Source: Chryseobacterium sp.
GTDB taxonomy: Bacteria > Bacteroidota > Bacteroidia > Flavobacteriales > Weeksellaceae
DNA: 59,889 nucleotides
NCBI RefSeq assembly: GCF_022712095.1
Contig: NZ_JALAHD010000085.1
Location: 1 to 59,889, forward strand
Direction of reading: 5' to 3'
The notes under the pieces were generated by a model, which saw only the letters and a list, made by a program, of their open reading frames with translations, had not been told where the DNA came from and searched no databases. The stretch's first letter is position 1. Each line of letters begins with the position of its first letter. Both the position numbers and the translations under genes were made by a program. This document shows, in pieces, positions 47,582 through 55,913 of this stretch.

Positions 47582-49312
47582 TTAAGTCTTATTATTCTCT
47601 AGCTCCTCTTTTCTCTTTCTGATAAAGTCAACTGGCCTCATACCGTTGATTTCCATAAAATGTGCTGAAAAAACCTGTCTGTTTGCCATTCCGCACATCT
47701 TTCCTAATCCATCAATACTATAATTAAGGTATTTAGGATCTTCAAGCAGAAGATTGGTAATGTATCTGATTCGTAACTCCTTCAGGTACATCGTAAAAGT
47801 TAGGTGATAGTGCTCGTTGAGGACATTTGATAAATGAGTTCGATTAGTACCAATCATTTTGGCAACAATCGGTATGGTTAAATTTTTTTGGAGAAACTTC
47901 TTATTTTTTTCAAAATTTTTAAGTTTTGATTCGATCTCTTCAATGAGTTCTAAGCTGTATCCATTTTTTTCAGATAAAGAAACGGACAAAGATTTATTAA
48001 AAATATCAGGTGATTGGGGATTACTGAATTTCTCCGACAGTTCCTTATATTTTACATTCAGTTCATTCTCTCTTGCTCGAAATCTCGCAATTAAGAAATA
48101 CAATAAAATAAAACCTGCAATTACAGAGACACAAAAAATGATGAAACCAATCTTATGTTTTCTCTCAAAGCTGTTTTTTTCCTTTAATAAAGTATCCGTA
48201 TCATATTCATGGTGAAGTTTTGATGATAGCATTGGAAAATCACTATTAATTATATTATTCACATTCAATAGCTGATTGGTATAGTATAACTGTTTGTCGG
48301 AATCTCCGCTTTGCTTTGCATCATCAATTAAATATTCATAAGCCAATCGGATTTCAGGGGTAATAAACTGGAATTTGCTAGCCAATGAATCAACTTTATT
48401 CAGGTTAAGTAATGATTCGGACCTCTCCTTCTTTAACCAGAAGGCTTTTCCTATATAAAAATACACCGCAGTCAATGAAGCATAGTCTTGCTTATTACTT
48501 AATATCTTTTCAGAAAGCCTAAGGTATTTTAATGCTTCGCCCAGTTTATTTTGTCTTAAAAGCTGAATTCCTTTTCCTTTTTGAAAATAGCCGTATTCTA
48601 ATGGTAGTTCTTTCGTATCATGCAGTCTTTCCAAACCAATGCTAATGAGAGAGTCTTCCTTACGGAATAATTGCCGGTTTTTGTAACAGGTGCTTAATCG
48701 GTAAATACTGTTAAAATATCCTGATTCATTATTAAGCCTAAGATTAGGATGAAGACCTGCCTTTATACTTTTCTCAAAATATTGGGCAGATTCTTCAAAA
48801 TGTGCAGCTGCCTCTTTATAATATCCTAAATAACTCTTCACCAATCCCAAATGATAGATAATTTTATTTTTAAGATACTTATCCTGGGAATCCTTTGAAA
48901 ACCTGAAGGCCAACAAATATTGTTCAAGAGCGGATTTATAGTGTCTTTTGTTGTAATAGTAAATGATTCCTTTTCCGAGATAAGCCCGCGAAATCTGATC
49001 CAGATCATTGAATTTCTTAGCAACTGTAATAGCGCTGTCCGCATAATTCAGCTTATTATCAATGTTTTTGCTATAGTAAATGGCTTCCTCATAACCCTGA
49101 ATCTGCTTTTTATAGTTGTTTTCCTTCTTTGCCTTATCAATAAACATTCTTACAAACACCAAAGCCCTTTCATCATTTTCAGGATATGCATCAAATAAAC
49201 CTGAAATCTTCTTATAAGATTCTACCTCCTGTTTTTCAACACGTCTTTGCCCTTGCATTAACAACAAAAGACAATTGAAAATCATTAATAATATTTTATT
49301 ATGGGTAGACAT
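47582..49312 (-). CDS. Transmembrane TPR-sensor / AraC-family transcriptional regulator
   Basis: Signal peptide, TPR-like repeats (AYLGKGIIYY, IIYHLGLVKSYLG), TM helix IGFIIFCVSVIAGFILLYFLI, AraC HTH GTNRTHLS...LRIRYI...G....F...F....GMRP. Confidence 0.9.
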   Translation of the reverse strand: MSTHNKILLMIFNCLLLLMQGQRRVEKQEVESYKKISGLFDAYPENDERALVFVRMFIDKAKKENNYKKQIQGYEEAIYYSKNIDNKLNYADSAITVAKKFNDLDQISRAYLGKGIIYYYNKRHYKSALEQYLLAFRFSKDSQDKYLKNKIIYHLGLVKSYLGYYKEAAAHFEESAQYFEKSIKAGLHPNLRLNNESGYFNSIYRLSTCYKNRQLFRKEDSLISIGLERLHDTKELPLEYGYFQKGKGIQLLRQNKLGEALKYLRLSEKILSNKQDYASLTAVYFYIGKAFWLKKERSESLLNLNKVDSLASKFQFITPEIRLAYEYLIDDAKQSGDSDKQLYYTNQLLNVNNIINSDFPMLSSKLHHEYDTDTLLKEKNSFERKHKIGFIIFCVSVIAGFILLYFLIARFRARENELNVKYKELSEKFSNPQSPDIFNKSLSVSLSEKNGYSLELIEEIESKLKNFEKNKKFLQKNLTIPIVAKMIGTNRTHLSNVLNEHYHLTFTMYLKELRIRYITNLLLEDPKYLNYSIDGLGKMCGMANRQVFSAHFMEINGMRPVDFIRKRKEELENNKT

Positions 49313-49426
49313 ATCGAAAAAATATTCGCTAATTTAATAAAAATCACCATGCAGAGATTGTTTATTTAGCCAAAAACAATACTTCGTCACCAAACGCTGA
49401 ATTACAGGAGCATACAAATGATTTTT

Positions 49427-49480
49427 TAGTGGGTAAGATGTACCAATTATTACGTAATAATTGGTACATCTTACCCACTA
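49427..49480. repeat. Perfect 54-bp palindrome with no spacer, in the divergent promoter region
   Basis: TAGTGGGTAAGATGTACCAATTATTAC|GTAATAATTGGTACATCTTACCCACTA. Confidence 0.97.
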
Positions 49481-49578
49481 TTTCTTTTTTTCACCCCTTA
49501 AGCCTTCTAATTTAGCCCTCAGAATTCTAACGATAACCCGGCCGGGATAACTTTTTTAAACATCATTTATAATCAATC

Positions 49579-49827
49579 ATGAAAAAGTATATCTCAATTT
49601 TAAGTTTATTGACTGCATTATTTCTGTACTCATGTGAAAGATCAGATTCTGATTTAAATGCAACACAACAAAATGAAGCTGAAATTGCTGCTTTAAGCAC
49701 CATAGAATCTGCAAAGAATCAAAATGAAGGTTCACAAGGACAAGTTTCTGATAATATGGAAACCGGCGATGATGAACCACCAAGGGATAAACAGCACTGG
49801 AAGATCGCCAAAGACACAATATGGTAA
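49579..49827 (+). CDS. Small lipoprotein; candidate signalling-peptide precursor
   Basis: LYSC lipobox, acidic residues after Cys (ERSDSD), disordered linker, C-terminal GDDEPPRDKQHWK. Confidence 0.8.
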   Translation: MKKYISILSLLTALFLYSCERSDSDLNATQQNEAEIAALSTIESAKNQNEGSQGQVSDNMETGDDEPPRDKQHWKIAKDTIW

Positions 49828-49861
49828 ATGCAGCCCTGCTTAGCTGATAAAATTTATTAGA

Positions 49862-50026
49862 GTGGAAAATCAGAAAGTATTTTTAAGCACAGGAAAAAAA
49901 TGCACCATCAGTGGAGAATGGGAAGGCGAAGGAAAAATCGGCACAATTGTATATATCTCAAAAGGCGAAATAATGCCTGCATATTGTGGTAAAAATGTAA
50001 AATGGATTTTAGTTAGAAAAGGATAA
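49862..50026 (+). CDS. YjzC-like small protein (54 aa, below the ORF-track cutoff)
   Basis: GTG start; MENQKVFLSTGKKCTISGEWEGEGKIGTIVYISKGEIMPAYCGKNVKWILVRKG; fills the gap and ends 10 bp before the next ATG. Confidence 0.7.
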   Translation: MENQKVFLSTGKKCTISGEWEGEGKIGTIVYISKGEIMPAYCGKNVKWILVRKG

Positions 50027-50036
50027 TTTTTTTACA

Positions 50037-51542
50037 ATGAATACAATAAAAACAATATTTACAGGGTTTACAACCTATTTTTTCATACTGCTTTTCGTAT
50101 ATGCAGCATTAAGTAAACTATTAGATTTTGAGGCTTTTCAGGTACAGTTAGCGCAGTCACCACTATTAAGTGCATATGCCGGATTCATCTCTTATGCTGT
50201 TATTATTGTTGAGCTCATCATAGCAGCATTATTATGTATTAACAGTACGCGTTTAGTAGGGCTCTATGCATCATTCGGGCTAATGGTGAGCTTTACCATA
50301 TACATTTATCTGATTTTAAATTTCAGTGATTTTGTACCCTGTTCATGCGGAGGAATCCTGGAAAAGCTGGGCTGGACAGAACACCTGATCTTTAATATAG
50401 CATGTATTGCTCTTGCATTAGGAGCTGTTATTATTATGGAAAAGCAAAGAACGACAGATCAGGGGCGCTACCTTCTTCTCTCCGGAACCATTGGAATTAT
50501 AAGCTGCGGATTAGTAGTATTTTTGTTCATCCGCTCGGAACATATCATGAAGACAGAGAATAATTTTACCAGGCGTTTTCTTCAGTATCCAATGGAAGAG
50601 GATAAAAAAATGGACCTTGGAGCGAATTCCTATTATTTCGCAGGAGCCGCTGATGATAAAATATATTTGGGAAATTATACAACACCCCTAATTTTAACAA
50701 CAATTGATACAGCTCTGGTAACAAGAACATCTTTCACCTCAGTAATAGACAGCCACAACCATCCGTTCAGGTCAATACAGATACAGGTACAAAAGCCTTA
50801 CTATTATATTTATGACGGCAATGTCCCTGTTATTTATAGAGGCGTGCTCGGAAAACAAAATGCTAAAACGATCAGCTATAAGGATGCGTACTTCAACCAG
50901 ATCATTCCTTTGGATTCTGCGCGCTTCACCATCAGGACACAAAGCAGCGAAACACAAAACCGTGTACTGGGCATTCTGGATCTTCAGAAAGACCTAAAAG
51001 TAAAACTGTATCCCGGTTTACTGGAAAAGCAAAAGGATGGAGTTTTCGACTCAGATGGTAAGATGGTCCGGGACCCGGCAACAGGCAGGCTTTTATATAC
51101 TTATTTCTATCGCAACCAGTTCATGGAAATGGACAGCGAGCTCAATATAGTAAGAAAGCTTCATACGATTGACACCGTTACCAGGGCACAAATACAGGTA
51201 ACGCAACTGAAAGACGGACAGCACAAAATGAGTGCACCGCCCTTAACAGTGAATAAAGATATGGTCGCATATCGCAAACTCTTGTTTAACGAATCTAATC
51301 TAATGGGAAAACATGAATCCCGAAAAGCATGGAAACAAGCAGCTATTGTAGATGTGTACCGTACCGACCGGCAGGAATATGTGGGAAGTTTTTATGTCTT
51401 CAACCGCGGGAAGGATAAGATGTCCCATATGCTGGTTACCGATAAGTATTTCTATATCCTTATCGGAAATGAAATGGTCAGGTATCGGTTATATTCCTCC
51501 CTTACCAGGCATTTCAACACAGGGAAAGCCGAAAACCTGTAA
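50037..51542 (+). CDS. MauE/DoxX-family membrane redox protein fused to a large extracytoplasmic beta-rich domain
   Basis: LFVYAALSKL, QLAQSPLL, PCSCGGILEKLGWTEHLIFN; about 5 TM helices then a soluble domain. Confidence 0.88.
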   Translation: MNTIKTIFTGFTTYFFILLFVYAALSKLLDFEAFQVQLAQSPLLSAYAGFISYAVIIVELIIAALLCINSTRLVGLYASFGLMVSFTIYIYLILNFSDFVPCSCGGILEKLGWTEHLIFNIACIALALGAVIIMEKQRTTDQGRYLLLSGTIGIISCGLVVFLFIRSEHIMKTENNFTRRFLQYPMEEDKKMDLGANSYYFAGAADDKIYLGNYTTPLILTTIDTALVTRTSFTSVIDSHNHPFRSIQIQVQKPYYYIYDGNVPVIYRGVLGKQNAKTISYKDAYFNQIIPLDSARFTIRTQSSETQNRVLGILDLQKDLKVKLYPGLLEKQKDGVFDSDGKMVRDPATGRLLYTYFYRNQFMEMDSELNIVRKLHTIDTVTRAQIQVTQLKDGQHKMSAPPLTVNKDMVAYRKLLFNESNLMGKHESRKAWKQAAIVDVYRTDRQEYVGSFYVFNRGKDKMSHMLVTDKYFYILIGNEMVRYRLYSSLTRHFNTGKAENL

Positions 51543-51574
51543 AAAGAGTAGGCATAACATCAAAATCTTATTTT

Positions 51575-51829
51575 ATGAGAAAGTTTATTTTGCCTGTAGT
51601 AGTTTTTCTAGCAGGCGCAGGAGGTGCTTTTGCATCCACTGTATCTAAAACCGCAGATTCAACAATGGTACCCGGTCACAGGTTTGATCCATCTGCATCG
51701 GAAGTGAAATGTATCGAAGTTGCCCAGTGCAGCACCATCGAAGGTGCAGAATGTACCTGGAACTCCGAAGTACTGAAAGAAAAAATCAATGACACTGCAT
51801 GCGGAGCACCATTGTACCGAGTTAACTAA
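51575..51829 (+). CDS. Small secreted four-cysteine protein (DUF6520-like)
   Basis: Signal peptide ending GAFAS; C-x5-C-x7-C-x14-C spacing. Confidence 0.8.
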   Translation: MRKFILPVVVFLAGAGGAFASTVSKTADSTMVPGHRFDPSASEVKCIEVAQCSTIEGAECTWNSEVLKEKINDTACGAPLYRVN

Positions 51830-51835
51830 AAATCT

Positions 51836-51858
51836 GAAGGGTGCCAAAAGCACCCTTC
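51836..51858. terminator. Bidirectional terminator between the convergent operons
   Basis: GAAGGGTGC-CAAAA-GCACCCTTC, with A-run before and T-run after. Confidence 0.8.
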
Positions 51859-51859
51859 T

Positions 51860-54445
51860 TTATTTTTTATTAACCCATTTTGCCACCTTATGATCCTTCA
51901 GGTAAAAATCAAACCAATCCAATATCTTGGAGGTAAGATCTATTTTAGACACCTGTTGCCACATAGCATGCCCATCATCGGGATAAAACAATGCCACAAC
52001 CTTTTTTTTATTCCTTTTTAACGCATTATAAAATGTCCGGGTTTCTTCCCAGTTTACATTCTTATCCTGCATACCGCACCATAAAAGTATGGGTGAAGTT
52101 ACCCGATCGGTACCATACAGGGGATTATTCCTGAAATAAAGCTCCTTATCTTCTGAAAAAGATTTTCTCATCCTGTACTGCCCGGATTCATACCTCCAGA
52201 ATTCCGGAATATGGTAACTTTCACTAAAAGTATGATAAACATGTACGATGTCAGCATTGGCCGCTCCCGAAACATAGGCTTTGAACATATCTGATCGGGT
52301 AGCAATAAAATTGGCCTGGTACCCACCAAATGACTGCCCTATAAGCCCTACGTTTGAGGAATCAATAGCTGTATTCTTTAGTACCGCTTTCATAGCTGCT
52401 TCCACGGATTGCAGCGCAGAAATTCCCGGACCTTCCTTGCCGTAAGCGATATCCGGCAGAAAGACAAAATATCCTTTTTCCTGTAATAGCCTCACATTAA
52501 ATCCTAAGCTGTTCTTATAAGTTGGCCGCCAATATTGTGAGCTTAAGTGGTGCTGAGTCTCATAAATATGCACCACCATCGGATAAATCAGCGAAGGACG
52601 GTAATCTATTGGGTAGTAAAGCAGACCCTTTAAAGAGGCATTTCCCGGTCCGGTATAATCAATAACATCCATCCTTGCCTTTGAGATTTTAGTATCCTGT
52701 ATATTGCTTTGGTAGATCACTTTACTTTTATTATCCTTTGTGATTACGACACGGGGTGGCATACTATAATTTTCCTGCAAATAAGCAAATGAGCATAAAG
52801 AAGGATTATAAAGCATTGAACTAGTTTTACCCTCGGTGAGAGGAACGGCAGTATAGCTTTTATTCCCATGCAATCTCTCATATCCAAACCAATCATTCAT
52901 TTCATTCCGATGTTCTACGGTCATTGGACTCTTATCATCAATCACAGAGCGGTAAAAATTGTAATTGGCTAAGAGCGATTCCCTTTCTCCACCTATGACA
53001 TGGTGTTGGAATGCTTTGGTCGTTGTGGTTAATGGTTTAAAGCTTCCTTTCCGGATATCATAATACCACAGAGCATCATTCCCACCAAAAATAATTCCTT
53101 TCCCATCCCGGGTAAAGTAAGGCTGTTCTACTCCATTTTTTGAAATAAGGATTGTTTTTCCATCAGAAACCCTGTATAATTTCCAATAATTATTTTTAAG
53201 AAACAGGAGATATTCTCCCCTTTCCGAAGTGTATAATTCAGTCCCTACGGTATCAATCTTTACGGAAGTCTTGTTTATCCGGTCGTATACAGAAATCAGC
53301 AAAGAAGGTGTTTTTTCGGTATAATCTTTAAGCTCACCGGGGTTAAAAGCCAGGAAATACCGCTGGTTATGTAAGGGGATGATTTTCTGAAATCCACTGC
53401 TGTGATTCAGATTTTCAAGCTTTCCGATTTCAGGTTCCCAAAAATACTGCTTTTCCCGGAATTGCGGTAAAAACTTCCCTTCTAGGTTTGTATCATCACC
53501 GTACCAGATATCAGGTGAAGATTTCTTTGTTTCAGTCGTATTGCTGATGGTGCTTATGAAAAATTGTTTTCCCTGCCCAATGCTTTTTACCGTAGCATGA
53601 TGAAACAGCAGGTTTTCATCTAATGGATAACTCTTAAAATCCTTTAGGTTAATATACACTATTTTCATATACTCCGTGGCCGTGTCTTTTTCAAAGCTTA
53701 CTAGACTCTCTCCGTCTGGTGCAACATGGATACTTTCAATCGGCCTGTTGGTCTGATACAGCAAACGTTTCGCAGAACCGGAAAACTTAATCAGGCTGTA
53801 CCATTTATCTTTTTTATTCTCACTTGTTTTTTCCTGTACTGTATAGAGATCGGAATTATCTTCCATCACATAAGCTGTAACATCTTCCAAAACCCGTAAA
53901 AGGTTTCCTTCTGCTGAAAACCATGACAGGGAATTCTTTTGTGAGATATCAGACCATAACAAAAATTCCCTTCCATTGTTAAAAGCTTCAATCTTTTTTA
54001 TTTGAGTAAAAACTTTACGATTGGCAACAATATTGCCTTCACTATTTTTCTCATGCACTTTTCCTTTCTTTTGTTCTCTTAAGCTCAGGTATTCCGCCTT
54101 TCCATCTTTATCCAACAGCAATACTCTGTTATTGACGAGAAACTGTAAATCAGAAATATGGGTTCTTTTAAGGGCAATGGATTCGGGGACATCTGTTCTT
54201 AAGATCATAAGCGTGTCTTCCCCGCTGTCCATCACTTTTTTTACTGCCACCCATTTTCCTTCCGCTGACATTTTGATCAGCTGGATTTCATGGGAATCTG
54301 AGGTCAGCTTTTGAAGACGATGGATATCTTTTACTTTGAGGTCCTGTGCTGAGAATAGAGGCAACGGTACAGGCAGCCACTTCAGCACATAAAGTAAAAG
54401 CAGCGTCATAAGAATCGTGAGCAAGCGACAGACTGTTTTCATCAA
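51860..54445 (-). CDS. S9 family (prolyl oligopeptidase/DPP-like) exported serine peptidase
   Basis: Beta-propeller N-terminus, YPMVVHIYE, GQSFGG, G.QD.NV, DDGH triad motifs. Confidence 0.92.
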   Translation of the reverse strand: MMKTVCRLLTILMTLLLLYVLKWLPVPLPLFSAQDLKVKDIHRLQKLTSDSHEIQLIKMSAEGKWVAVKKVMDSGEDTLMILRTDVPESIALKRTHISDLQFLVNNRVLLLDKDGKAEYLSLREQKKGKVHEKNSEGNIVANRKVFTQIKKIEAFNNGREFLLWSDISQKNSLSWFSAEGNLLRVLEDVTAYVMEDNSDLYTVQEKTSENKKDKWYSLIKFSGSAKRLLYQTNRPIESIHVAPDGESLVSFEKDTATEYMKIVYINLKDFKSYPLDENLLFHHATVKSIGQGKQFFISTISNTTETKKSSPDIWYGDDTNLEGKFLPQFREKQYFWEPEIGKLENLNHSSGFQKIIPLHNQRYFLAFNPGELKDYTEKTPSLLISVYDRINKTSVKIDTVGTELYTSERGEYLLFLKNNYWKLYRVSDGKTILISKNGVEQPYFTRDGKGIIFGGNDALWYYDIRKGSFKPLTTTTKAFQHHVIGGERESLLANYNFYRSVIDDKSPMTVEHRNEMNDWFGYERLHGNKSYTAVPLTEGKTSSMLYNPSLCSFAYLQENYSMPPRVVITKDNKSKVIYQSNIQDTKISKARMDVIDYTGPGNASLKGLLYYPIDYRPSLIYPMVVHIYETQHHLSSQYWRPTYKNSLGFNVRLLQEKGYFVFLPDIAYGKEGPGISALQSVEAAMKAVLKNTAIDSSNVGLIGQSFGGYQANFIATRSDMFKAYVSGAANADIVHVYHTFSESYHIPEFWRYESGQYRMRKSFSEDKELYFRNNPLYGTDRVTSPILLWCGMQDKNVNWEETRTFYNALKRNKKKVVALFYPDDGHAMWQQVSKIDLTSKILDWFDFYLKDHKVAKWVNKK

Positions 54446-55902
54446 TATCCCGGGTTTTGCGGATTAAGGTTAGCATTCAGCAGCAGCTCTTTTTGAGGCA
54501 GCGGCCATGCCGTATAATAGCTTTTCCAGTTAGGCTTTATAGCAATCAAATCCCCAAGGCGGTCAAACCGTTTTAAGGCCATGAACCTTTGTCCCATTTC
54601 TGCAAAAAACTCCCTTCTGATCTCCAGCAGCAGTTCCTGAAGAAAAGCATCTTTTGTCCAGCTTCCCGTTAGCGGCAAAATGCCGGCTCTTTGCCTGATG
54701 GCATTGAGATAAGGCAGTGCTTCCGTTACCCTGTTTTGCCGGGCTAAAGCTTCTGCCATAATAAGGTATGCTTCTTCAAGCCTGAAAACAATGGAATACT
54801 CATCGGTGTTTCCTGAAAGGTTTTTATACTTCGCTGCGCGGTACCAGGTGTTCTGTGAAAAGGTAACAGGGGTCATCCACGCCTGTCTTCTCAGATCAGC
54901 AGGAGCGAAAATATTAACCAGGTTTGTGCTAAGGGCATAGGCATTGGGGGCGGCCCCTGAAAAGTAATACAGGGAAGCCTCTTTGGTGGAATCCCCGGAG
55001 TTTAACGGTTTTAGCTGCCAGAGAATATGCTTTCCTCCCTTTTTGAAGACCTTGGTAATATCCTGTTCCTGCTGGTAAAGGGAACTTTGAAGGATATTTC
55101 CTGTTAATTGTTCTGCCTGAAGCCATTTCTGCTGAAGAAGATATACTTTGGCCAGTAACAGCTCCGCTACCTTTTTGTTGGGATAGATCCTCTCGGTATT
55201 ACGGTAGGTATCCGAAAGTAAGCTGACAGCAAGACTCAGGTCAGCCTCTAATTTCTGCAATAAGGCCTCCTTAGTCAGCTTTGATAAATGGCTGTTGATT
55301 TGATAGTCGGTTGTTTCCGTATATGGAATTTCCTGATAAACCTGCTGTAAATAAAAATAGATAAGGCTTCTTACCAAAAGCGCTTCCCCTTTGATCCTGT
55401 TTTTATCTTCTGTACTCAACGATGTAGAGTTGTTCACTCCCATTATAATGGAATTAGCAGCGTAAATTTGCTGGTACGCTGTATTCCATGTTTTTTCAAT
55501 CATTGGATTGGTAGGAATCTGTTGGTTCTGGTAGAGTTCCAGTGCTCCGCTGTTGTTATTGACATAGTAGCAGTCCAGATCATCGGTATAAGTTCCCAAT
55601 AAAGCTCCCATACCGTCACTTCCACCGGAGATAAGTGATGAAGAAAATAATCCTGAATATAGACCCGATAAAGCGGCATTGGCACTTTGCAGGTCTTCAA
55701 ATACCTGATGGGTCCCAATCTGGTTATCTGGGTCATCGACTTCCACCAGCTTGTCGCACGAAACTGCTGTAAGCACAAGGAAAATAAAAATGAAAGGTAC
55801 TTTTTTAACAGCAAAAGGCACTATGATCCTTCCTATACCATTCATGTTGATAACAGATCGGACAATAGGTATAGATGGGAGATTGATATTATATTTTTTC
55901 AT
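54442..55902 (-). CDS. susD: RagB/SusD family lipoprotein
   Basis: AVSC lipobox, KGEALLVRSL.YF, LLAKVYL, FRLEEAYLIMAEA, EIRREFFAEMGQRF, WPLPQKE, NLNPQNPGY. Confidence 0.95.
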   Translation of the reverse strand: MKKYNINLPSIPIVRSVINMNGIGRIIVPFAVKKVPFIFIFLVLTAVSCDKLVEVDDPDNQIGTHQVFEDLQSANAALSGLYSGLFSSSLISGGSDGMGALLGTYTDDLDCYYVNNNSGALELYQNQQIPTNPMIEKTWNTAYQQIYAANSIIMGVNNSTSLSTEDKNRIKGEALLVRSLIYFYLQQVYQEIPYTETTDYQINSHLSKLTKEALLQKLEADLSLAVSLLSDTYRNTERIYPNKKVAELLLAKVYLLQQKWLQAEQLTGNILQSSLYQQEQDITKVFKKGGKHILWQLKPLNSGDSTKEASLYYFSGAAPNAYALSTNLVNIFAPADLRRQAWMTPVTFSQNTWYRAAKYKNLSGNTDEYSIVFRLEEAYLIMAEALARQNRVTEALPYLNAIRQRAGILPLTGSWTKDAFLQELLLEIRREFFAEMGQRFMALKRFDRLGDLIAIKPNWKSYYTAWPLPQKELLLNANLNPQNPGY

Positions 55903-55913
55903 TTTCTTAATTT

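Noticed and set aside
49427-49480. Protelomerase (hairpin telomere) site as a firm call
   Set aside because: No protelomerase in the window, and the position between divergent promoters favours an operator; kept only as an alternative
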